Positions 10,643 through 21,158 are shown, counted from the stretch's first letter. The stretch is DNA of 32,000 nt from a cyanobacterium endosymbiont of Epithemia turgida isolate EtSB Lake Yunoko (GCF_000829235.1 NZ_AP012549.1:330001-362000), one strand, 5' to 3'. Notes: generated by a model from the sequence alone, not told the origin. Numbers and translations are program-made.

Positions 10643-12333
10643 TAGATAAATTTACTTTGTTAATTGTTGATAAATATGTAAAAATCTCAATTTTACTCAA
10701 ACGTTAACACAGTCATCCTCAAAATTGCAAGTCACTAACTTGTGATTAATTGTATTGTCGGGTGTATTCTTGAACCCTAATGATTAGGTGTTTAACTTTT
10801 TCGAGGTTGTGATCTCTGATAGTACGGTTGATTTCTAGATTTTAGGTCTTGATGAAACTGAATCGCTAAAATTTCTTTATCTGTTTCTAGTTCGTCCTCT
10901 AGACTATTTGAATGACACTCTTAGTTAAAGACAATTGATAAAGATCTCAGTTATGTTTCCTCCAAACATATTCCAGGTCTGTCCTAACTTTCTATCTGCA
11001 GGAACAAGGACGGGAGAGAAAATACTAAGTTCAACAAATAAACAACAAAGCCAACAACGACTTTTGCCTATATTTTCCTGTTTTTTAAACTTCTAAGGTA
11101 AATTTTAAATATATTTCTGATTTTATAGGCTCTCTCTCTATGTTTTAGTCTCTGACTCAGATAATAAAGTCATTTGAGTTTTTAAAAGTAATCCCATTCT
11201 CTTTAGCCTAAAATTATTTGAACATAATTTTTTTTCTATCCAACAGGCTACTTTTAGTCTTATATATATTTTTATATTTGTAGGGTTTTATGTTTATTTA
11301 TGAGGCAATTTTCCAAGTAGTCTATTAATTAAGAAAAGTTTTTTTCCTCTTTTTTGTATTAAATTTATATTCTTGATATTTTTTTATTTGGTTTTAAAAA
11401 TATGATTTTTAAAAACTTTTATACTTAAATTAAAATTTATTACTACAAAAAGAGCACTATTTTAAATTATCTATTACTGAGATATTTTTCAAATTATGTA
11501 GATTTATAATTTAAATATTTTTCACTTTATAAACATCGTTTTTATTTAGATTATTTTATATCTACTACAAGTAAAATTTTAACATTAAATTTCTTATTTT
11601 TCGACAATAAAATAGGTTTTAATAAAATTATTTTTGTGATAGGTAAATCACAATTAAATACCCTAATTAGCTTTCAATAAAATAAATAATAGTTATTTCT
11701 CCCTGGATATCAAAAAAAACCTAAAGTTACTATTGTTAATAACAATTTGATAAACCAGATAAAATTTATACAATTAAAATTTACTTATTAAATGATAAAA
11801 ATATTTATTAACTTTTTTGTCTGATTTATTCAGGTTTTTAGAATTAGTTTATTCTCTCTAGAGATTATATTTTTAAACATTAGTGATTGAGTTAATCAAA
11901 TATTAACTATATTAGCAATAAATATATTTTTTTACAACTACTACAGCTTATAAAATTAGTTTCTATATTTGTTTAGATTGATGTTTTTCGACAGCATAAT
12001 AAATTGTAATTTTAGTATTTTCTTTGTGTACTTTAGTAAAAAAAATACTTAATTTTTTATACTCATGAGGAAACCTAACAATCTTTAGAGCTCATTTTAT
12101 ACTATGTAAATTTATTCTAATTTTATTGAAATAGTTAACTTGTTGATTTGCCTAGTCTTTTTTAGAGAGACGACTATAATAGATTAACAATATAAACTGG
12201 TGTTTTGTCACAACACAACTTCTAACTTGACCCAGCACTGTAACCCATCATTGAATGGTAAAACCCTATCTGTCGGAATGTGTAATTTTTTTAAACTTGA
12301 GTTACTCTAAGAGGTTTGTTAAGGATTGACAAA

Positions 12334-12383
12334 TGAGATATACATAAATAGTGCAATTACTGCCACTATTTATGTATATCTCA
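12334..12383. repeat. Orphan perfect inverted repeat (20-bp arms, 10-nt loop) inside the gene desert
   Basis: GAGATATACATAAATAGTG (12335-12353) and CACTATTTATGTATATCTC (12364-12382) are exact reverse complements, plus one flanking T-A pair. No ORF lies within ~2 kb. Confidence 0.8.
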
Positions 12384-13782
12384 GGGAGATAGTTGGCTAT
12401 TTTGTTAAAAATAATTTTGTTTATACCTTGTTGTGTTTATTATCGAAGTCTAAAAGTTTAATTAAGTAAAGACACTTAAAGAACATAGAGTTACGTCATA
12501 TTTTTGTTTTACATAAATACAGAAAATTTCTGGGTAAATATCTTCAAACTTAATCATAGCCTTAGTTTATATTTATGGGTATAGTTCTTATTAGATAATG
12601 TTTAACATTAGTTATTAACAACTAAATTAATTTATGAAAAAGAATAGAAATTTTAAAAATATAAATAATTTAATTTATTAACTAAAAATCATAATTATAT
12701 ACGATATTTTAATTGCTCATATTTTTTCGATTAAGACGATTTAGTTCTTTAAAAATAGGCTTAAGTAAATAGAAAATTAAAACTTGATTTAGTATGATAT
12801 TTTGCATTATTTTACGATTTTATGCCAATATAAATACGAGTTACTGAAAAAAGTATAAATTCATCAATTATTAGCAGAAGTAATAGTAGTTAACAATTTT
12901 TTTAAAATTGTTAAAAAATAAATGACTTTAAGAAGTAAATTGCAAAACTCGAAAATATTGGATCATCTAGTATTACGTGAAGTAGAATTTATTCCAATTT
13001 AGAGTATAAACCTAAATGAGATAATTTCATATAATGATGATTAACTATTTATAGATAGCGAAATTAGATATTGGAAGTCTACTTCGGAAAAAAATAGACG
13101 ATTTTATTGAAAGTTTTTTGACATTTTTATAACATCTGTCTAATATCTATTTTTTTTTAGATAAAGGTTGAGACTAAGACTATTTTCGAGAATATCTCTG
13201 ATTTATTTGTGAACACTACAAATTATTTTCTTCCATTTACCTTGATTATATTTTCTCTCTAATTGCCAATAAGATAATTATTTTAAACGTTATAGAACTT
13301 AAGTTGATAAACTTTTGAGTTACATTCATCACTTTTTCCAAAACTTTCTAATTGTTAACTCAAGTTATCCAACTGTAAGGTATAAAATTATGTCATATCA
13401 TTGCGTTTATTGTTGCGTACCAGCTTTGTTATAGCAATTATTCTTTAAGCTGTTTATTGTTATCCTTAAGATTTGGTTTAGGCTGATGAAATTTAATCTA
13501 AGCAATATCAAATAGCATTATGCATTGACTATTAAACATTAACCTTCTTTTGGAAGAAGGAATTTTAGATATAGTAGCGAACAACAGCAAAAATTTGCGT
13601 TAAAATTAGTACCTGTTGCAATTATTTCTTTTCTATAGACGGTGGGTTAAATAGTGTGATTATACTACTTCTAGTTTTTTTGTTGTTTTAAACGACTTAC
13701 AATAAAATGATTAGCTACCCTAACTTAGACTTTAAACTTTAGAGCTAGCACTATTTTGAGAGCTAAATCATAATTCGATAGT

Positions 13783-13808
13783 AGCCTGTTTGGGATACCA
13801 AACAGGCT
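13783..13808. repeat. Orphan 11-bp perfect stem with GATA tetraloop inside the gene desert
   Basis: AGCCTGTTTGG (13783-13793) / CCAAACAGGCT (13798-13808). This stem is GC-richer than its surroundings. Confidence 0.7.
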
Positions 13809-14901
13809 TACAATATTCTTGAACAGAGCAATCATTATAAAATTTACTCATTTGTATCACATTTCAAGTTGAACTGCCTATTGTGTATGAAAATTATTTC
13901 AGTTGGAGTTTTTTATCAAATATAGAGAACAAGAGAAAAGAATATTGTTGTAGCTATAATTTTTTCTCTTGAATCAGTTCATCGTTAGGATAATAAACTT
14001 TGCTGATATTTTCCGAGTTAACTTTACTATTGACTGTCTAGTAGTAGTCTCCAAAGTTAAGGCATTGAAAATCAAAGAATTCACAGGCTTCTAATTTTCA
14101 TAAACGTAGGGGGTTGGAGGTGTTAACTTTGTATTCTAAAAGGGGGTATCCTTAGGAATTTCTTTAACTACATAGTCAAGAATCTAGTGTACTCGGTAGG
14201 CTCTACATTCATCTGTGAGCTTATTGGCTAAATATCCCAATTTTGTAGCGAATTCCATAGCCAATAGCTAGAGTTTCTAAACTCGATAAAGAGTCCATTT
14301 AACAAGGAGCTAATCTCCTTGATTTCTCATTTTCTAGCCCGGTTTATTTATCATAATTAATTAGTTTTTAAAGACTATTTTTTTATCATTCTATTGCTTA
14401 GCATATATATAATAATTTTTTTAAAATTAATTGATGCCGTATTTAACTAAATTTTAAAAAAGCAATTACGAACATAAAATATGAGCTAATACAATATAAC
14501 AATCATTTGTTATCGCAATAGTCAAAAACTTTACCTAAATGTGGAAAAGATCATCGAAGATCGCTCATCAAAAAGTGTCTCTCTCTAATCGAGAGTGATC
14601 ATCTTCTATAGCTAATTATCTTGATGAAGATGTATTCATTAGTCTTTTGTTACCTTCCTCACTTAGAAGATAGATGATTCTTGGTTTTAAATAAGTCATC
14701 CCTAGAATGGTATTAAAGAAATATTCAAATCCTTATTGAAGTTAAAAAGAGAGAAATTTAGGTTAAGTTGTTGAATAATTTCTTCTACATTAATAATTTA
14801 CAATTTGCGTTATTGATAAATATCCTGACATACTTCCCAGTCACATCAAAAACGATAATGGTATAGTATGCCAATGAAATGTTGGCAAACTTAAACTATG
14901 C

Positions 14902-15426
14902 TTAATTTTTAATAAACTTAAGAACTTCTCGCTGTAAGGAAGGATTGTTTTGAACTTTAGTGGCAATCTCATTAAACTCCCGGATAGTAAATCCTTGAGA
15001 TTTGACCAATTCCCGTTGTCCGAGTAGATTTTCTTGAGCAATTTTTTTTACTTCGGGAAAAACATTCTCGAATTTTTTAAGATCTTCATCTGAAAAGTTT
15101 TCTATAGGCACTTCTGTGTCACGCTTCCTTTGAGCAATTTCTCGAAAACGTTGTCTGCTTAATCCTTCACTTTCAAGGATTTTAAGTATTTTTTGTGTGG
15201 TTTCTTGGGCTAAACTCCGTTGTTTTTTGATAGTTAAAGCAAATTTCTCTAAGTCTTTTACAGTAAGATTTTTAGAAGTCTGAACTATAGTATATCCCTG
15301 AGTTATCTGTTTAAATGCACTTCTTAATACATAGTCATCGGTTTGACTCCACGTTGGAAGTTCTCTTACTCCCAATAATAAAGGTAACACTCCGATAAAC
15401 TTTCCCAAAAGCAGTTTTTGAAACAT
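14902..15426 (-). CDS. DUF4168-family protein with N-terminal signal peptide (paralogue 2)
   Basis: 174-aa ORF with the same architecture as 10154-10642 (GLSRQRFREIA ... SDEDLKKFENV ... QGFTIREFNEIATKVQNNPSLQREVLKFI). Confidence 0.75.
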   Translation of the reverse strand: MFQKLLLGKFIGVLPLLLGVRELPTWSQTDDYVLRSAFKQITQGYTIVQTSKNLTVKDLEKFALTIKKQRSLAQETTQKILKILESEGLSRQRFREIAQRKRDTEVPIENFSDEDLKKFENVFPEVKKIAQENLLGQRELVKSQGFTIREFNEIATKVQNNPSLQREVLKFIKN

Positions 15427-16272
15427 TGTATGATTTCCTTAGAAGTATAAATTTGTGACTATTTGTCAATCTCAGATAGTTCTTTTGTCCTCTATTCATT
15501 GGTAATGCAAAGAGTACTGTTAATTTTAACAACTCTTCGTTCAAAAAAGAGAAAATATGTAGGAAATTCAAAAATATTTTTATTTTTTCTTATTTTGATA
15601 AATTTGAATAAATTCTCTCTTACGTAAACTACCAATTCTGTTACAAATTAAATAAATTATTTATCATTATTTAGTTTAATATTTATTTTCTAAATTACCG
15701 TAGTGCCATACGAGATTTGTGATTTAAAGCTAATGCCATACATTTGATGAATATTTTAAATGTTAAAATTAACCAATGTTAGAATAACAGAACTTAATTA
15801 ATATCTGTAAGATATCTATTATATGGAGCTATAGTTTAGCCGTTAATTAATCTTCTAGACAGAATTAATCATCAGTTTAAATATTTGTTAATGCAAAAAA
15901 AATAAGAGTGATTTTATCGAAATAATCTCAGGGTTTTCCTAATTTATATAATGAACTTTTGACTGAATATCAAAGAGTACAGATTTGTTTTTTATGACTT
16001 AACTAAAGATAATATAAGAATACTTTTTTAGTGTTAGACTGAAAAAATACTCTATTGGCGGATATCTATAAAATTTTTATAGTATTTTAAGCTCTAATAA
16101 TAATCTAATGATAAGAATACAACTTTACTTTTTAGAGTTAGTATTTCAATACTTTGCTTGACAGTAATAAATATACTTTTTATAAAACTCAATAGTTTTA
16201 CATAATCAATGGAGTTTGACTATTCTACTAAACTTTAGATAATAAAGTAGTATTGCTCATCTTAGACAAGCA

Positions 16273-18681
16273 CTATAGAGAACTAAAATTAGTTAAGACT
16301 TCATAAATTGCCCAAATAGCCATTGCCCGTAGATAATGACATGCACGAACAGTTCCATCAGCTGTTATCGCTTCAGGAGTACGAAATTGTAAACCATTTT
16401 CATATACTTGTTTAACTACTACTTCAGTTAACTTCAATGCCTCATCTCTGCGTCCCATTTGTACTAAAAATGCCGCCAAACCAAAGTTAATTCCTGTCCA
16501 AACTTCCTGGGGATGAGTTGAGTTAGGATCTTCGGGAATTCCATCGGGTTTCATGCCATTTGCTGCCCCATATTTTCCTTCTTTAAACTTCAAAAAACAA
16601 GCATCATAAATCTTATTTAAGGTTGACTGGATATATTGATTTTCAACTACGTTAGGCAATTCCAATAAACGAGCATAGAATTGACCACACAATTGATCTG
16701 TCATTACCACACTAGAACCACTTTCACTATCGAGTTTATAGTATTCTCCATTCCACAAAGTTTTATGATAAATTGACCGAGATTGTTGTAACCAATAATT
16801 ATAATTTTTTATATGATCACTAACTAGTTTAAGTTCTGATTCTAAATTGATTGGAGTATTTTCTAATATAATCTTGCCTATTTTAATAGCAGACTCCAGG
16901 GCTGCTATCCACAACCCACCACAATATGCACTTATTCCTTGTAATTGCCAATCATCAAAAGTTTGATCAGGTGCACCGGAATTTTCGGGTATACCATCAT
17001 CATCTAAATCAAAAGTTTTTAAATAGGCTAAGGTTTCTACAATCGCAGGCCAACATTTCCTTAAAAACTCTTTATCTTTGCCTGGTGTCAATAAATAATC
17101 TCGATACACTTGGAGAACAAAATCACTGCCTAAATCTTTCCACAAATTACAATCTTGATAGCTAGTATAATTGGTTTTTTCCCAGGGATGTTCATTAGGA
17201 GCGCCTAGGTCATGAGGGGTAGCCCCTTTAGCTTTTCTAATTGCTTTTGTCTGGTTATACCCAATAATTCTAGGGGTGTCATCATAAGTTAAAATTGCTC
17301 TAGCAAATGCTTCTAAAACTGATTTTTCTATCCTTGGCCAAAGCATCATTAACCCAAAAGAACCATATAGTCGAACATCTAGACTTTCATACCAACGATA
17401 GTCTAGACATTCAAGAATACCAAATTGCCCTACAGGATAATCCTCTGAAGCAGCTGTCCATAAAGTTCCTCCATCAGTGAGTAAATATAATTCATTCAAT
17501 AAAGCCATTTTAAACCAGTCAGGCAAGTCGTCTCTTTTAATAATAGGAGACTGCCATTCTTCTATCTTTGTATGCCAAACATTAAAATTTTTTAAAGCTG
17601 TTCTAACTATTGCCCAACCGTTCTTGCCATTGTGATCAAAAAAGTCAGTGTAACGACGATAATATTCTACTCCTGGAGCAAATTCTGTAACAGGAAAATC
17701 CCAGGCTAAAATAAAGGGAATTTTTTTAGTTTTTCCAGGACAAATAGTAAACCGAATGGTCATGGCTACGGCAATTTGTTCTCCAGGTTCGGCTGGGGTT
17801 TCGTCTTCGGTATTTGGTAACGATCCATTGATAGTGAAATTGTCCCAAACTTCTGAACCATCTCCCTTGGGGTTCCATCTTCCCATATAAAAAACTTCGA
17901 CACTGGGATTAGTCACACTAGCAATGCAAATTTGTCCTTCCCCTTCTTGCACTTGAGTCTGGAGTTTAATATGGTTGCAGATAAACCCAACACTGAAGTT
18001 ATCTCGCACCCATTGATTAAAATTTCCAGCACTCTGTTCCCACCGAGGTTGATATCTATATTCAGGGCTACCATCGTCTCTAATGGTAATTTCAGAAGAT
18101 TTGATAGTATTGGTAAACCATCCCACAATATTTTGCCACGTTACCATAATACTGAGAGTAATGGGTTTATCTGTAGGATTGTGGGCAGTCCATTCAAAGA
18201 TAGCTAAAGGATAGCTAGTTTCCTGATAGTTATCTGGAATAATTGGGGAAAACTGCTCACAGGTTAGCTTACTTTGGAATACACCTTGATATTCGTACCA
18301 ACTGCGAGGATAAAGGGCATGATAAGTCCCTTTCTCCGTAGGATACCAATTCCAAGTTGATAAAGTTCCATCTTTAGGAGCTTGGGTACACAGAGCATAA
18401 GTTTGAGAGGGTTTTCCTTCGGACTGTTCGAAAACGCTAAACTGACAGGCTGGAATACTACCGAATGTATGTTCACCCCCATCAAAATGCCAGAGGTTGA
18501 AGTCACCACTGGGAGAACGGCCAATGCAACCAGCTCCAAACCCGCCGAGAGGCATTCCATGGTTTGGTCCATCGTCTAAGTTACTAGCTATTCGTACTGT
18601 GTAAGGCTTATCCCATCCTTTACCGATAGGACGTTTCCAAGTGCAAGTAGGAATCTTGGGAAAAGAAAGTGGTGTTTCCAT
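16273..18681 (-). CDS. GH116 / GBA2-type (non-lysosomal glucosylceramidase-like) beta-glucosidase family protein
   Basis: 802-aa ORF. The N-terminal block GMPLGGFGAGCIGRSPSGDFNLWH is typical of the GBA2 N-terminal domain and is followed by a long (alpha/alpha)6-type C-terminal region. Size and layout match the family. Confidence 0.85.
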   Translation of the reverse strand: METPLSFPKIPTCTWKRPIGKGWDKPYTVRIASNLDDGPNHGMPLGGFGAGCIGRSPSGDFNLWHFDGGEHTFGSIPACQFSVFEQSEGKPSQTYALCTQAPKDGTLSTWNWYPTEKGTYHALYPRSWYEYQGVFQSKLTCEQFSPIIPDNYQETSYPLAIFEWTAHNPTDKPITLSIMVTWQNIVGWFTNTIKSSEITIRDDGSPEYRYQPRWEQSAGNFNQWVRDNFSVGFICNHIKLQTQVQEGEGQICIASVTNPSVEVFYMGRWNPKGDGSEVWDNFTINGSLPNTEDETPAEPGEQIAVAMTIRFTICPGKTKKIPFILAWDFPVTEFAPGVEYYRRYTDFFDHNGKNGWAIVRTALKNFNVWHTKIEEWQSPIIKRDDLPDWFKMALLNELYLLTDGGTLWTAASEDYPVGQFGILECLDYRWYESLDVRLYGSFGLMMLWPRIEKSVLEAFARAILTYDDTPRIIGYNQTKAIRKAKGATPHDLGAPNEHPWEKTNYTSYQDCNLWKDLGSDFVLQVYRDYLLTPGKDKEFLRKCWPAIVETLAYLKTFDLDDDGIPENSGAPDQTFDDWQLQGISAYCGGLWIAALESAIKIGKIILENTPINLESELKLVSDHIKNYNYWLQQSRSIYHKTLWNGEYYKLDSESGSSVVMTDQLCGQFYARLLELPNVVENQYIQSTLNKIYDACFLKFKEGKYGAANGMKPDGIPEDPNSTHPQEVWTGINFGLAAFLVQMGRRDEALKLTEVVVKQVYENGLQFRTPEAITADGTVRACHYLRAMAIWAIYEVLTNFSSL

Positions 18682-19164
18682 AAAGTCTATTCTAACCTAT
18701 TACAATTATCCGATTAATGCTATTAATCGGCTATGAATTTCAACATCTATACTCAAAGACTAACTAGAAAAAAAAATCAAAACATGCTTGTTAGTTAACA
18801 GGAAAAATGTATAACAAAGGTTATAGCTTTTTATCCGAAGCTCTAACCCTTGTTCTTTCTAGAACCGTCTCAATTAGCTATTTGTAATAAAAAATAGATT
18901 ACAATATTCATTGTAACGTATAAATTATTAAATTTTTATTCATCATGCAAAGTGATTAAGCTCAACTTATTTTATATAATACTCTACAAAAATATAGTAT
19001 TACTTATTGCACAATAAAAACGTAATTATTTTTATGCTTTTAGACTAAGTATGATACATAAACAGATGATATTTTATATCAAATTATTTTTATATTTTTA
19101 ACGGTTTAATTTGTATTAAAATAAATTTTTTAATTATTTAAAATTCTGTAAATACTTATTATAA

Positions 19165-19206
19165 TAATTATTCACTAAATATAACATTATATTTAGTGAA
19201 TAATTA
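19165..19206. repeat. Orphan perfect inverted repeat (20-bp arms)
   Basis: TAATTATTCACTAAATATAA (19165-19184) and TTATATTTAGTGAATAATTA (19187-19206) are exact reverse complements. It lies in the ORF-free AT-rich region 18682-19510. Confidence 0.8.
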
Positions 19207-19510
19207 ACTCAAAAACTAGTTTTTAAATAAAAAATAAATATTTTATTTACTTTTTATTTATGTATCTTTTTCCTTGAAAGATACATACTAATATTTAGTT
19301 AACTAAATAAGTTGGACAAAGATTTATATTAATAACTAAATTACTGATAGCGGCGAAAAAATGTATAAATATAATTAACTTAATAAGGTATAAAATTCTA
19401 TCTATATTACCTAATTATCTATTGAAGTTTGACATATCGTCTTTTGACGAATATTAAGGATTATTTGTAAGATTAATCTTGCTAATATATCTAATTACCT
19501 TACGCTACCC

Positions 19511-19863
19511 ATGGATTCAACAGTCGAAAAAAAAAGTTTGTTTCTATTCAACCCACAGGCTTTTGTAATCAACAAAAAACTGCCCTTGTCTCCATTGGTA
19601 TTACCCCGACAGGCTATATCTCCATTGGTATTGCTCCCATGGGTATTATCGCTATTGGCATTGTTCCCATGGGAGTAATTTCGTTTGGGGCAGTGGCCAT
19701 GGGAACTGTTGCTACAGGAGCCGTTTCTATGGGAATAGTGGCTTTTGGAGTCGAAACTATGTCTCTCTTGAACTTAGAGCGGTCACAATTAGGGTCTATA
19801 GAAATTAAGTTAAAACCTCACAATCACGATAGTTACAAAAACTATAATCATTCGAGTCCTTAA
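19511..19863 (+). pseudogene. Hydrophobic Gly-periodic repeat protein, interrupted by a 1-nt frameshift in an A9 tract (pseudogene, or rescued by slippage)
   Basis: ATG 19511 opens MDSTVEKK..., but the repeat-bearing frame is offset by one base. That frame is open from ~19495 to the stop at 19861-19863 and its first ATG is 19639. The two frames meet at the A9 run 19527-19535. Adding one A restores MDSTVEKKKFVSIQPTGFCNQQKTALVSIGITPTGYISIGIAPMG... (117 aa). Confidence 0.55.
19588..19767 (+). repeat. Six tandem 30-bp (decapeptide) coding repeats
   Basis: The six in-frame units are VSIGITPTGY, ISIGIAPMGI, IAIGIVPMGV, ISFGAVAMGT, VATGAVSMGI and VAFGVETMSL. The first five and a half units place Gly at every 5th residue. 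Confidence 0.85.
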
Positions 19864-20009
19864 AGTTTAACACCTAATATACTTGAGATAAATTATTAAT
19901 TTTCTGGAAACTCTACGAGCCAGGGATTAATCAAGTAGATTAAGGAAACCAAATCTGGCTCTAGACCATCTATGCTATATACTAAGAGCCAGTTTGTATT
20001 GCTATTTCT

Positions 20010-21158
20010 ATGAATAATTTTAATCCTCCTCAGATGCCCTTAGACAGTAATTTAAATCTAAAGCATACTTCTAATCACCTGAATCAGACTGATACTACTA
20101 ATCCCAAAATTTGCCAGACTACAACCACAATTGAGTTTAGTGAACCTCCTTCCTCTACATCCATAGAAATTTTAGTTACTCCTGAGAAGGACCAAGTCAC
20201 TAGTCAGGATTGGTTTAACCTTTCCCAAAAACTACGAAAACAAAATAGAGAACTACTTGAAAACATCGTAACACTAGAACAATCTCTAGCTGAATGTCAA
20301 CAACAGTTACAAGGAGAAGAACAAGAAGCACATCAAAATAATTTTATTATTGCCCAAAAGCCCGCCAAAATAAAAAACATAAAAGAACAATTTCAAGCTA
20401 TTCAAAAACAGTTACAGCAGCAACAACAGGAGTTAAATACTAGTCAAAAAAGATTGGTAATAACTCAATCAAAATTAGCTCAGATAGAACATCAATGCAC
20501 CTTGCTTAAGCAAGGTTATCGGGAAAAAGCTGATCAACTAGACCATAGTCAAAAACAGGTTGAAGAATTACAAACTAGGTTGCAACGACAACAACGATAT
20601 GCCCTACAGTATAAAGCGGCTTTAGATGAATGCTTGAGTAAGTTGTCTGCTAGGAAGCAAGTTCAACCTTCGATAAACTCTCTCAGTTCAGCTAAAACTT
20701 TGACTCCTCAGATAAATTCCATTAAAATCTGGTCAGAACAACTCACAGGACAAAAAGTATCAGAGTCAGTTTTAGATAAGGTCCAACCGAGAGCTCTGCT
20801 TGAGCGAATTGCTACCTCTAACCCCCCAACAAAGTCTGAACCTTTATCGTCTTTAGGACACTTCAATCAACCTCTTCAAAATCCGTTGTTCTTAACCCCA
20901 GAAATACCTGAGTCCATGAAACAGATGAAGACTAACAAGGAGGGCATACTCAATCAAAAAAACCCGGAATTTACATCAGCTGATTTTAATCCCAAAACTG
21001 TTGCTAAGTATGATATTCACTCTCAGAAAATGGTTACTCCAACACCTCAAAAATTAGCAGTGCAGCCTCCTGTCACTTTCAGTTTTGACATTGGTTGTAA
21101 CAAACCTCATGATAAAGTTAAGATTGACTTACCTTCTTTTTTGTCTAGACGACATTAA
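20010..21158 (+). CDS. Q-rich coiled-coil protein of unknown function
   Basis: 382-aa intact ORF. The central ~170 residues are heptad-like and Gln/Glu/Lys-rich (LRKQNRELLENIVTLEQSLAECQQQLQGEEQE ... VEELQTRLQRQQRYALQYKAALDECL). The termini are low-complexity and S/T/P/Q-rich. I recognise no catalytic motif. Confidence 0.7.
   Translation: MNNFNPPQMPLDSNLNLKHTSNHLNQTDTTNPKICQTTTTIEFSEPPSSTSIEILVTPEKDQVTSQDWFNLSQKLRKQNRELLENIVTLEQSLAECQQQLQGEEQEAHQNNFIIAQKPAKIKNIKEQFQAIQKQLQQQQQELNTSQKRLVITQSKLAQIEHQCTLLKQGYREKADQLDHSQKQVEELQTRLQRQQRYALQYKAALDECLSKLSARKQVQPSINSLSSAKTLTPQINSIKIWSEQLTGQKVSESVLDKVQPRALLERIATSNPPTKSEPLSSLGHFNQPLQNPLFLTPEIPESMKQMKTNKEGILNQKNPEFTSADFNPKTVAKYDIHSQKMVTPTPQKLAVQPPVTFSFDIGCNKPHDKVKIDLPSFLSRRH

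Noticed and set aside
14540-14548. A DnaA-box-like 9-mer (TGTGGAAAA, the complement of the cyanobacterial TTTTCCACA consensus) raised the idea of an oriC in the desert.
   Set aside because: I noticed only this single intergenic copy. An origin needs a cluster of boxes, and no dnaA or dnaN lies nearby.
10643-14901. I considered a CRISPR array, tandem-repeat locus or mobile element in the large AT-rich desert.
   Set aside because: I could find no regularly spaced direct repeats of 25-40 bp, no terminal inverted repeats bounding a unit, and no transposase or Cas remnant. The apparent repetitiveness is low-complexity A/T sequence.
14841-15571. Two track ORFs, 14841-15041- and 15335-15571-, overlap the second DUF4168 gene.
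   Set aside because: They are alternative-frame overlaps of a better-supported 174-aa gene, and their translations are unprotein-like.
16926-18579. Five ORFs of 65-102 aa from the track lie inside the GH116 gene (16926-17165+, 17913-18128-, 17932-18207+, 18264-18572-, 18382-18579+).
   Set aside because: All are nested in or antisense to an 802-aa ORF with clear family identity. Their translations are low-complexity or unprotein-like, so they are by-products of a long stop-free region.
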